A stretch of 61,275 nucleotides of DNA from an uncultured Alphaproteobacteria bacterium. GTDB taxonomy: Bacteria; Pseudomonadota; Alphaproteobacteria; Methylaequorales; Methylaequoraceae. Location of the stretch: the NCBI GenBank assembly GCA_902590895.1, contig CACIYM010000003.1, positions 1 to 61,275 on the forward strand, given 5' to 3'. Both the position numbers and the translations under genes were made by a program. Positions within the stretch are counted from its first letter, which is position 1. Each line of letters starts with the position of its first letter. Shown here piece by piece: positions 18,705-27,078 of the stretch. The notes beneath the pieces were generated by a model. That model saw nothing but the letters and a program-made list of their open reading frames with translations, was not told the DNA's origin and did no database searches.

Positions 18705-19556
18705 CTACCCTAACGTTCTAATACCTAATATATGACATATTGCAAAAGATAAGTCTGCTCTGTTTAGTGTGTAAAAGTGAAAATCTTCAATTCCGCCATC
18801 AATTAATTTTCTGCATTGATCATAAACTATAGTTACAGCAACTAATTTCCTTGTTTCTTGATCTGAGTCAAGTCCTTTAAACATTTCAATCAAATCTAAT
18901 GGCATTTCACAATTCATTTTTTTTGCAAATTGCAGGGTCCTTTTACAATTCGTAACTGGTAAAATACCAGGAATTATTGGAATATTTATACCTCTTTTTA
19001 GAGCACCATCCACAAATTCAAAATATGCGTTTACATTAAAAAAAAATTGAGTAATTGCCTTTGTGGCACCTAAATCAATTTTTTTTTTTAGCACGTCATA
19101 TTCTTGCTCGAGGGAATCAGAATCAGGATGCATTTCAGGATAAGCTGAAACGGTTATTTCAAAGTCATATTTTCCTTTTAAAAATCTAATTAAATCTGTA
19201 GCATATTTAAAATCATTTTGTTTATTTCCATCAATTTCCTTTGGAACATCACCTCTTAGTGCAACAAGGTGTCTTACTCCCGTATTCCAATAATCCTCAG
19301 CAATCATTTCAATTTCTTGATAAGAAGTTCCCATACAAGTTAAATGTGCAGCTGGTTCTAGTGAAGTTTTTTTTTTTATTTCTTTAACAAGGCTATGAGT
19401 ATTCTCTCTAGTTGACCCACCAGCACCATAGGTTACAGAAATAAATTTAGGTTTTAAAGGCTCTAAACGTTTTATATTGGTCCATAAAGATTCAATTGAA
19501 ACTTGATTTTTTGGTGGAAAAAACTCGAAAGATACTGATATTTTTTTTGTTTTCAA
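18705..19556 (-). CDS. metF: 5,10-methylenetetrahydrofolate reductase MetF
   Basis: Motifs seen: SFEFFPPK, SVTYGAGGSTR, HLTC, FYTLNR. TTG start as given by the ORF track. Confidence 0.9.
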   Translation of the reverse strand: MKTKKISVSFEFFPPKNQVSIESLWTNIKRLEPLKPKFISVTYGAGGSTRENTHSLVKEIKKKTSLEPAAHLTCMGTSYQEIEMIAEDYWNTGVRHLVALRGDVPKEIDGNKQNDFKYATDLIRFLKGKYDFEITVSAYPEMHPDSDSLEQEYDVLKKKIDLGATKAITQFFFNVNAYFEFVDGALKRGINIPIIPGILPVTNCKRTLQFAKKMNCEMPLDLIEMFKGLDSDQETRKLVAVTIVYDQCRKLIDGGIEDFHFYTLNRADLSFAICHILGIRTLG

Positions 19557-19676
19557 AATATTACCTAATTGTTTAAAAAATTAAAAAAAAAACATTTTTT
19601 TTTTGTTTATTTTTTTACTATATTTTTTTATTATAAAATGGTTTAAATTAACATATAAATAAATTATTGCTATATT
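19557..19676. promoter_or_regulatory. Divergent promoter region for metF-metH (-) and mlaA-mlaC (+)
   Basis: Two gene starts diverge from this 120-nt, very AT-rich gap, so both promoters must lie here. No specific -35/-10 elements were assigned. Confidence 0.4.
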
Positions 19677-20777
19677 ATGCGTATATTTCTTAATAATCCA
19701 CTCTATATCTTGTGTCTGCTGGGTCTCTTCTTATTTGTCTCTCCTACTAAAAACTTAGCAGCCGACACTGAAAACGACCCTTTTGAGAAAACAAACAGAG
19801 CTATCTTTGAGTTTAACAACACCCTTGATGACAATTTTTTCAAACCTGTTGCAAAAGCATGGAGAAAAGTTCCAGATTTTCCCCGAAAGCCTCTTAGTAA
19901 TCTGGCAACAACAGCAAAAACACCAGTAAGTCTTGCAAATGCAATTCTTCAATTAAATAGAGAAAGTATGGGCAACATTATTGGGAAATTCTTGATAAAT
20001 ATGACTTTTGGTTTGGGAGGTTTATTTGACATCGCTGGAACACAAGAGTTTGGTTCGATGCCAACTGTTGAGGAGGACTTTGGGCAAACAATGGCTACAT
20101 GGGGAGTTCCTGATGGACCATATGTAATGCTACCTATTTTTGGTCCTTCAAGTATACGAGACAGTGTGGGCATTGGTGTTGATGCAATTACCAACCCACT
20201 TTCATTTGCATATAGAATGAATGGCATTGGCATGGAAGCTAGATTATCCGGTCCTGTTGTAAGAGGTGTGTCAACAAGGGAAAAATACCTAGATTATGTT
20301 GATGAAATGAGATCAAGCTCGCTTGATTGGTATGCAACAATGAGAAGTCTTTACAGACAAAAAAGAAAAAAAGAAATATCTGGACAGCTTGAGGAAGAGA
20401 ACCTCTCTTTGAATATACTACCTGTCGATGTTTATGATGACCCTGAGTTAGAAAAAAGTATAGCAACTGAAAATAATGTAGAAGATTTAATTCTGGAGGA
20501 AGAAAAAATCACAGAAACTGCCAAAAAAACTGTAAAAGTTGCAAAGAAAGTTGAGAAAACAGTAAAAAATGTTACTAAAAAGAAAACTATGCCGTCAGAT
20601 GGGTATGCAAACCCCAATGGCTCAAGTGAATCAAAGTTTATTGATAATTCAGAAATTGCAAAGATAGTTCAAGATGAAAGTAGAAAAATAATGCCATCAC
20701 CACGAGTTTATAATGGTGTTCTGCCTTCATCTAGTTATCCTGGGTTTAGCAAATCTAGGGTCAACCTGATTAATTAA
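19677..20777 (+). CDS. mlaA: MlaA/VacJ family lipid-asymmetry protein with long C-terminal low-complexity extension
   Basis: Contains DPFEKTNRAIFEFNN and the VacJ signature WGVPDGPYVMLPIFGPSSIRD. The last ~125 aa are K/E/S-rich with no recognisable domain. Confidence 0.8.
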   Translation: MRIFLNNPLYILCLLGLFLFVSPTKNLAADTENDPFEKTNRAIFEFNNTLDDNFFKPVAKAWRKVPDFPRKPLSNLATTAKTPVSLANAILQLNRESMGNIIGKFLINMTFGLGGLFDIAGTQEFGSMPTVEEDFGQTMATWGVPDGPYVMLPIFGPSSIRDSVGIGVDAITNPLSFAYRMNGIGMEARLSGPVVRGVSTREKYLDYVDEMRSSSLDWYATMRSLYRQKRKKEISGQLEEENLSLNILPVDVYDDPELEKSIATENNVEDLILEEEKITETAKKTVKVAKKVEKTVKNVTKKKTMPSDGYANPNGSSESKFIDNSEIAKIVQDESRKIMPSPRVYNGVLPSSSYPGFSKSRVNLIN

Positions 20778-20778
20778 T

Positions 20779-21372
20779 ATGCATTTTAAAAAACTCTTTT
20801 TACTATTACTCCTTTTCTACCCTGTTATTTCCCACTCAGATGAGAATATTGGAAAAAGCAAAGTATTTGTTGAAAAACTTGGTAAGCAAGTTGTTGAAAA
20901 AGTGTCTAATACAGAAATCACAGAACAAGAAAGACATAACAACTTTAAAACACTCTACCTCTCCTCCTTCGACAACTACTATATTTCAAGATTTGTTCTT
21001 GGAAGATATTGGAAAACAATCGATAAAGGAATTCAAAAGCAATTTGTTGATTCATTTAATAATTATATTGTCGCAACTTATGCACCAAAATTTAAGGGGT
21101 GGGAAGGAACCTTCAAAGCAGTTGAATCGCTTTTTGAAAATAATTATTACAATGTAAAAATGGATATTTTAAATAAAGATGGTCCAACTTTAAAAATGAT
21201 GTGGAAAATGTACATAAATAAAAATAAAGAATTTAAAATTTTAGACGTGAATATTGATGGCGTAAGTATGTTAGTAACTCAAAGAGCAGAGTTTCTCTCA
21301 GTAATTAAAAATCATCCTAATGGTGTAAAAGGCTTGATTGATGCTATGAATAAAAAAACAGCAGGATCTTAA
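20779..21372 (+). CDS. mlaC: Periplasmic phospholipid-binding protein MlaC/Ttg2D family
   Basis: Signal peptide, then ISRFVLGRYWKT and FKILDVNIDGVSMLVTQRAEF. Starts 1 nt after mlaA. Confidence 0.75.
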   Translation: MHFKKLFLLLLLFYPVISHSDENIGKSKVFVEKLGKQVVEKVSNTEITEQERHNNFKTLYLSSFDNYYISRFVLGRYWKTIDKGIQKQFVDSFNNYIVATYAPKFKGWEGTFKAVESLFENNYYNVKMDILNKDGPTLKMMWKMYINKNKEFKILDVNIDGVSMLVTQRAEFLSVIKNHPNGVKGLIDAMNKKTAGS

Positions 21373-21446
21373 AAATTACCGTTGGCATTTTTGTTAATCA
21401 AATTGTAATTAAAATTGGTTTACTTCATCTCAAACACCAATTGTTA

Positions 21447-21523
21447 TGGTAGGCCCGGAGGGACTTGAACCCCCGACAACACCGTTATGAGCGGTGCGTT
21501 CTAACCAACTGAACTACGGGCCT
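21447..21523 (-). tRNA. tRNA with anticodon CAU (elongator Met or lysidine-modified Ile2), CCA encoded
   Basis: The minus strand reads AGGCCCGTAGTTCAGTTGGTTAGAACGCACCGCTCATAACGGTGTTGTCGGGGGTTCAAGTCCCTCCGGGCCTACCA. This folds as a 7-bp acceptor stem, a D arm, anticodon stem CACCG/CGGTG with loop CTCATAA, and a T arm with GTTCAAGTC. Confidence 0.9.
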
Positions 21524-21593
21524 ATTTTTAAAAATCATGAATCTTATGTTAATCAACTTTTCAATAATAATGTATATTAAAGATCTGGTTAAT

Positions 21594-21623
21594 AAAAAAA
21601 AAAAAAAATTCAAAGTAGTCGAA
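21594..21623 (-). terminator. Weak intrinsic-terminator-like element downstream of rpoD
   Basis: On the minus strand, a short hairpin TTCGA-ctact-TTGAA (5 bp including one G-U pair) is followed directly by T15. It lies 6 nt after the rpoD stop. The stem is very weak. Confidence 0.3.
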
Positions 21624-21629
21624 TAATGA

Positions 21630-23579
21630 TTAATTATCTAAAAAACTTCTCAACTTTCTTGATCTACTTGGATGCTTAAGCTTTCTAAGACCTTTAGCTT
21701 CTATTTGACGGATTCTTTCTCTGGTTACTGAAAACTGTTGGCCAACCTCTTCTAAAGTGTGATCTGTATTCATACCTATTCCGAAACGCATTCTTAAAAC
21801 TCTTTCCTCTCTTGGCGTGAGGGTTGACAAAACGCTGGTTGTCGCTTCTCTTAAATTATTTTGAATAGCGGCGTCCAATGGAAGCTTAATTGCCTTATCT
21901 TCAATAAAATCTCCAAGGTGGCTATCGTCTTCATCTCCGACTGGGGTTTCTAGGCTGATTGGCTCTTTAGCTATTTTAAGCACTTTTCTTACCTTTTCAA
22001 GAGGCATGCCAAGCCTAGATGCCAACTCTTCTGGTTGTGGTTCAACACCATTTTCGTTTAATATTTGTCTAGAGACTCTGACTAATTTACTTATAGTTTC
22101 TATCATATGAACTGGGATTCTTATAGTTCTGGCTTGATCTGCTATTGATCGTGTAATTGCTTGTCTAATCCACCAAGTTGCATATGTAGAAAATTTGTAG
22201 CCTCTTCTGTATTCAAATTTATCAACGGCCTTCATTAAGCCTATGTTACCTTCCTGTATCAAGTCTAAAAACTGAAGTCCCCTATTAGTGTATTTTTTTG
22301 CGATAGAAATAACTAGCCTCAAGTTAGCTTCTATCATCTCTTTCTTTGCTTTACCTGATTCGATTACTCCTTGATTTATAGAATGATAAATATTTTTAAT
22401 CTCTTCAGTTGTCATTAAACAGTTGATCATAATGTCTCTTTGTTTATTTATTATATCTACAACTATTTCTTTTTTTGCAAAAGCACTCCATTTTTTATTA
22501 GTCTTTTTTGAAAGGTTTTTTAGCCAATTCTTGTTTAGACCATTTTTTTCAAACTCAGAGGTAAAGTCCAATTCGCTGATTTTTAAGCTTTGAGCAATTT
22601 CTTTTAATTTATTCTGTGATAAAAGAATATCTAAATTAAAGGCTTTATGCTTTTCAACTAAATCGTCAATTTTTGTTTGATTTATGAAGAGGTTACAAAC
22701 TGTATCTGAGATAGTTTTCTCTGCTAAAACAATTTTCTTAGCCAATTTTGCGTCGATTTTTTTATTTGACAATTTTAAATCTATGAAATGCTCGCGAAGT
22801 TTTCTGAACTTCTTGTATAGCTTAGAAAATTTTTCAAGTTTTTCAGTAATATACGGTTTTAGATTTTCTTCTTTTTCAAGAATTGACAAGTCTGAGGCCT
22901 CGTTGACATCGTCAGAGCTCTCGTTTTCAAATTCTGATTCATCATCATTTTCTTTTCCTGAATTTTCTTCATCCTCTTGGTTTTCAAAGATTTCGTTATC
23001 TTTAATACTAATGTCTTGAAAATCATCTTGTTCGCCGTTGACTGATCTAAAAGTCGCGTCTAGATCGATAAAATCTCTAAGTTGTTTTTCTGTACTAGAA
23101 TATTCTTTGTAAAAATTAAATATAGATTCCATTGAAATAAAGCTTTTAGAAAATGCGTCTGTTGTCTTGTTTTTTCCACTTTCAATTCTTTTAGCTATTT
23201 CAATTTCACCAACTCTAGACAATAACTCAACATTACCCATTTCTTTCAAATACATTCTAACAGGGTCATCTGTGCGGCCAGTATCATCCTCTTTACCATT
23301 AATGATTTGATTATTTTCGTTTTCACTATCGTTATCTTCCTCATCATTTGAGTTTTCATCATTTTCAAAGATTTGTATATTCAAACTTTCAACTTTTGAA
23401 TAAAATTCTTCTTTATCATCAAAACTTTCGTTGGCAAGCACCCCTTCACATTCAGATCTTTTTAAAAAGCCTTGTTTTTTTCCTTTTGAAATTATTTTTT
23501 TCAAGGATTCGCCAGATTTATCGATAATAGGCTCCTCGATGATTTCTTTTTTTTGTTTTGATTTACTCTTATCAGTCAT
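21630..23579 (-). CDS. rpoD: RNA polymerase primary sigma factor RpoD (sigma-70)
   Basis: Motifs seen: [45 protein letters not shown]. Has an acidic non-conserved insertion in the N-terminal half. Confidence 0.95.
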   Translation of the reverse strand: MTDKSKSKQKKEIIEEPIIDKSGESLKKIISKGKKQGFLKRSECEGVLANESFDDKEEFYSKVESLNIQIFENDENSNDEEDNDSENENNQIINGKEDDTGRTDDPVRMYLKEMGNVELLSRVGEIEIAKRIESGKNKTTDAFSKSFISMESIFNFYKEYSSTEKQLRDFIDLDATFRSVNGEQDDFQDISIKDNEIFENQEDEENSGKENDDESEFENESSDDVNEASDLSILEKEENLKPYITEKLEKFSKLYKKFRKLREHFIDLKLSNKKIDAKLAKKIVLAEKTISDTVCNLFINQTKIDDLVEKHKAFNLDILLSQNKLKEIAQSLKISELDFTSEFEKNGLNKNWLKNLSKKTNKKWSAFAKKEIVVDIINKQRDIMINCLMTTEEIKNIYHSINQGVIESGKAKKEMIEANLRLVISIAKKYTNRGLQFLDLIQEGNIGLMKAVDKFEYRRGYKFSTYATWWIRQAITRSIADQARTIRIPVHMIETISKLVRVSRQILNENGVEPQPEELASRLGMPLEKVRKVLKIAKEPISLETPVGDEDDSHLGDFIEDKAIKLPLDAAIQNNLREATTSVLSTLTPREERVLRMRFGIGMNTDHTLEEVGQQFSVTRERIRQIEAKGLRKLKHPSRSRKLRSFLDN

Positions 23580-23624
23580 ATGAAAAATATTTTCTACTAT
23601 TTTTAAATGAATAGTAGATGAACA

Positions 23625-25376
23625 TTATTCAAGTTCTTTATTTTTAATAGTTTTAATTTCATGTAATATTTTATTGTATCTATTTATTAGGTCTGATTGT
23701 TTTTTGTTATCATTTGTATTTAATATTAATTCTTTAAGTCTGTTTACCTCATCCTGTAACTCGGGTAATTTTAAATTAGTCAAAATTTGTTGAAGAAAAA
23801 TTGCTTTTTCCTTTTCATTTAAATTAGCTATATGTGTTTTTTTTAATGAGTTAACATCTTCTTCAGAAAAAAAATTGTTTTTTACATTTTTGAGTAAATC
23901 TGAGTCAACTTTTAAATTCTCTAGATAAATCTTCCTGAAAAAAAAGTCCTTTGTTTTATTAAGATCGTGATTTTGAAATTTAATTTCAGAAATCTCTTCA
24001 AGATGTTTCTGAACTAATTTTGTTTCAAAAAGCATGAAAATTACAATAAGCTTTTCATTGATAAATTCATGTATTTTTTCCTTTGTAAACTTTTTAAATC
24101 TTTTTTTGGATTTTATATTCCACAAATAATCATTCTTTTTTTTTATTAAAAATCTATAATACTCATCCGATACTGTTTTGTTTGATATTTTGGATGAATA
24201 AAATCTTATTTTTTCGTCTAAAAGTGCAATAAACTCCGGGGTTGTCTTCCCAACAGACTCCAAAATAATTTGCCAGATTAAATCAGATAAATCATAAGAT
24301 TTTTCCATGAGGTCCTCAAAGGCTTTTTTATTCCATTTTTTTAAAAAGCTGTCTGGATCGTAATTTTCTGGTAACTTTATAAATCTGAATGATTTACCAG
24401 GAACCAAAAATTCTAAAATTTTTGTAGCAATTATTTTAGATGAATTTCGACCTGCCTCATCTCCATCAAAACATATATATGGAATATTACTAAGGTTCCA
24501 CATTTTCAATATTTGGGTCTTTGACAAACTTGTACCCATAGAAGCTAGAGCAAAATTAATATTATTTTCTGCTAATGATACAACATCCATGTAGCCTTCA
24601 ACTAAAATAACGATTTTATTTTTTCTAATACTTTCTTGATTTTGCTTTAAACCGAATAAGATTTCGCTCTTCTTAAAAATCTCACTTTCTTGAGAATTTA
24701 TATATTTTATTTTCGAATTACCATTTATTTCTCTTCCACCAAACCCTACAATTTTTTCAGAGAAATTAAAAATTGGAAAAATTAATCTATTTTTAAATCT
24801 TCCAAAATATTGATTCTGACTATTTTTTATCAAAAGGTCTGTTTTTTTAATTTGTTCTAAATCAAAACCTTTTTTGTTTAAAAATTCAATCAACTCTTCG
24901 TCGCTAGGACAATATCCAATTTCAAAATTTGTAATGACATCATTATTTTTTATTCTTGAACAGATATATTGGTATGCACTTTTATTTAATTTTAAAGAAT
25001 CTTTGAAAAAGATATTAGATTCAAAAAAAAGTGAAAGAAGATCATTTTTTTTTTTTAAATCACCAGATGATTGAAAATTTATATTCAATCCAGCAAAACT
25101 TGAAAGGTCGTTTATAGCCTCTGTAAATGAAAGGTTTTTGTATTTCATCAAAAAAGTAATAGCATTGCCACCAACCTTACAACCAAAGCAATGAAAGAGC
25201 CCTTTTTCGTCACTCACATTAAATGATGGAGTTTTTTCATTGTGAAATGGACATTTTCCGATAAACGAATTTCCTCTTGGGGTTAATTGAACATATTTTG
25301 AAATTAAATCAGATAATCTGGACTTGTTGTTAAATTCATTCAAAATTTCATCAACAGAGATATTCTTTCGTATCAT
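23625..25376 (-). CDS. dnaG: DNA primase DnaG
   Basis: Zinc ribbon CPFHNEKTPSFNV...FHCFGCKVGGN, TOPRIM motifs EGYMDV and FDGDEAG. Confidence 0.9.
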   Translation of the reverse strand: MIRKNISVDEILNEFNNKSRLSDLISKYVQLTPRGNSFIGKCPFHNEKTPSFNVSDEKGLFHCFGCKVGGNAITFLMKYKNLSFTEAINDLSSFAGLNINFQSSGDLKKKNDLLSLFFESNIFFKDSLKLNKSAYQYICSRIKNNDVITNFEIGYCPSDEELIEFLNKKGFDLEQIKKTDLLIKNSQNQYFGRFKNRLIFPIFNFSEKIVGFGGREINGNSKIKYINSQESEIFKKSEILFGLKQNQESIRKNKIVILVEGYMDVVSLAENNINFALASMGTSLSKTQILKMWNLSNIPYICFDGDEAGRNSSKIIATKILEFLVPGKSFRFIKLPENYDPDSFLKKWNKKAFEDLMEKSYDLSDLIWQIILESVGKTTPEFIALLDEKIRFYSSKISNKTVSDEYYRFLIKKKNDYLWNIKSKKRFKKFTKEKIHEFINEKLIVIFMLFETKLVQKHLEEISEIKFQNHDLNKTKDFFFRKIYLENLKVDSDLLKNVKNNFFSEEDVNSLKKTHIANLNEKEKAIFLQQILTNLKLPELQDEVNRLKELILNTNDNKKQSDLINRYNKILHEIKTIKNKELE

Positions 25377-25840
25377 TTAAGGTTTTTTTTTGCTAAATCT
25401 GCAACCTCTCTCATGTCAATTTGACCAGGATAATTTTGTTTTAGACTCGATATTAATTTTCCTAGATCCTTAAGTGACTGACAATCTAGTTCTTTAATCG
25501 AGTTCATTATTATGGCCTCAAGTTCCTCTGCTTTAATTTGTTTTGGTAAGAACGATTCAATAATTTCAATTTCTTTTTCCTCCCTCTTTTTTAGATCAAT
25601 TCTTCCCGCTTCAGAGTAAATTTTCACACTTTCTTTTCTTTGTTTAATCATATTTTGTAAAAGATTAAGGATTTCTTCATCTGAAATATGTTCTCCCTTT
25701 TTTTTTGTTCTAAATTGAATATCATGATCTTTTATGGCTGCAAGAATCAGCCTCAGGGTAGCCGTTGAAATTTCGTCTCTATCCTTTAAACTCTTATCAA
25801 GACTATTTTTTATATTCTCTCTGAAAGAAACCATAAACAT
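25373..25840 (-). CDS. yqeY: GatB/YqeY domain-containing protein
   Basis: About 150 aa with an N-terminal LKDRDEISTATLRLILAAIKD-type helix and C-terminal GKLISSLK...D. It is the conserved upstream partner of dnaG-rpoD, and has a 4-nt overlap with dnaG. Confidence 0.75.
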   Translation of the reverse strand: MFMVSFRENIKNSLDKSLKDRDEISTATLRLILAAIKDHDIQFRTKKKGEHISDEEILNLLQNMIKQRKESVKIYSEAGRIDLKKREEKEIEIIESFLPKQIKAEELEAIIMNSIKELDCQSLKDLGKLISSLKQNYPGQIDMREVADLAKKNLK

Positions 25841-25935
25841 TATCAGTATATGAGAATGATGTAAAAATCAATAAAACTATTTAATTAATTATCAACTATT
25901 GGAAAATCAATTATTCTGAGTATATTAATTCTGGA
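25841..25935. promoter_or_regulatory. Divergent promoter region for yqeY-dnaG-rpoD (-) and carAB (+)
   Basis: Two operon starts diverge from this 95-nt gap. No individual promoter elements were assigned. Confidence 0.4.
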
Positions 25936-27078
25936 ATGAAAAAAACTTCTGAAAAAAATTGTTTATTGCTTCTTGATAATGGAAACTATTTTTTGGGAAA
26001 AGGTTATGGGTTTAATTCCGATTATTTTGGAGAAATCTGTTTCAATACCTCAATAACAGGTTATCAAGAAATTCTTACCGACCCATCCTATTTCCAGCAA
26101 ATAATCAATTTTACATTTCCTCATATTGGAATAGTTGGGACTAACAATGAGGATTATGAAAGTTCAAAAATATTTGCGTCCGCATGTATCGTAAACAATA
26201 ATATATCTAAACCTTCCAATTATAGATCTGAAGAAAGTTTTCAAAGATGGTTATTTATTAATAAAACTGCCTGCATAACTGATGTTGATACAAGAATGTT
26301 AACAAAATCAATTCGAGAAAGTGGTGTTTGCAGAGCTTTAATACATTTTCCAAAAGGGAAGCTTGAGAATATATCAATTTTAAAAAAAAAATTGAATAAT
26401 TTCCCTGTAATGGAAAGTCTTGATTTAGCATCAGAAATTTCTACTAAAGAAATATACTGTTGGAAAAATAATAAAAAAATAAAAGTGAATATTTCCCAAG
26501 TTGTAAGCAAAAATTTTATTGCTGTAATAGATTTTGGTGTAAAGAGAAAAATACTTAAACTTCTCGAAAACATGGGATATCTAATTGTTGTTTTTCCTTG
26601 CAGTTTCTCATTTGAAAAGCTTATTAGATTAAATCCAAAAGGAATTTTTTTATCAAATGGACCAGGAGATCCATTGGCTACATTCAAAAAAATTGAAAAA
26701 CAATTACTATTATTAAAATCCGTGATGATTCCAATTTTTGGAATATGCTTAGGGCATCAAATTCTTGCAATATTATTTGGAGGAACTACCGAGAAAATGC
26801 ATCACGGACATAGAGGTGCAAACCACCCCATAAAAAACTTAGATAATGATAATGTTGAAATTACAGTTCAAAATCATGGATTTGTTGTTTCTCAAAAGAA
26901 ACTTCCACTCAAAATAAAAGTTACCCATAAATCATTATTTGATGGGACAATAGCTGGAATAAAAATAAAAAATAAACCTTTCTTTTCCGTACAATACCAC
27001 CCAGAGGCATCACCTGGCCCTCAGGACAGTAGGTATTTATTTAAAAATTTTAAAAAACTAATAGAAAAATATGCCTAA
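25936..27078 (+). CDS. carA: Carbamoyl-phosphate synthase small (glutaminase) subunit
   Basis: GICLGHQ nucleophile elbow, [20 protein letters not shown]. Confidence 0.92.
   Translation: MKKTSEKNCLLLLDNGNYFLGKGYGFNSDYFGEICFNTSITGYQEILTDPSYFQQIINFTFPHIGIVGTNNEDYESSKIFASACIVNNNISKPSNYRSEESFQRWLFINKTACITDVDTRMLTKSIRESGVCRALIHFPKGKLENISILKKKLNNFPVMESLDLASEISTKEIYCWKNNKKIKVNISQVVSKNFIAVIDFGVKRKILKLLENMGYLIVVFPCSFSFEKLIRLNPKGIFLSNGPGDPLATFKKIEKQLLLLKSVMIPIFGICLGHQILAILFGGTTEKMHHGHRGANHPIKNLDNDNVEITVQNHGFVVSQKKLPLKIKVTHKSLFDGTIAGIKIKNKPFFSVQYHPEASPGPQDSRYLFKNFKKLIEKYA

Noticed and set aside
19557-19676. A SAM riboswitch (SAM-II/SAM-V type) in the leader of metF-metH.
   Set aside because: On the minus strand the region is almost pure A/T with long homopolymers. 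I could not find a plausible pseudoknot or conserved GC-containing core. It cannot be excluded without a covariance-model scan.
25915-25932. An ARG-box-like sequence, TCTGAGTATATTAATTCT, just upstream of carA.
   Set aside because: The half-sites TGAGT and ATTCT are not inverted repeats of each other. The spacing does not fit the TGAAT-N8-ATTCA consensus.
26241-26687. A 148-aa ORF antisense to carA. Similar antisense or alternate-frame track ORFs occur at 2895-3119, 4269-4662, 6824-7066, 10746-10946, 12812-13126, 16686-16946, 18272-18529, 19755-20617, 20840-21157, 22684-23019, 27544-28119, 50155-50448, 51191-51418, 54766-55023, 55624-55884, 56667-56903, 57974-58246, 59408-59809 and 59918-60247.
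   Set aside because: Each lies wholly inside a strongly supported conserved gene on the other strand or in another frame. Their translations are low-complexity or hydrophobic without motifs. The longer ones lie opposite the more GC-rich conserved genes, where antisense stops are rarer.
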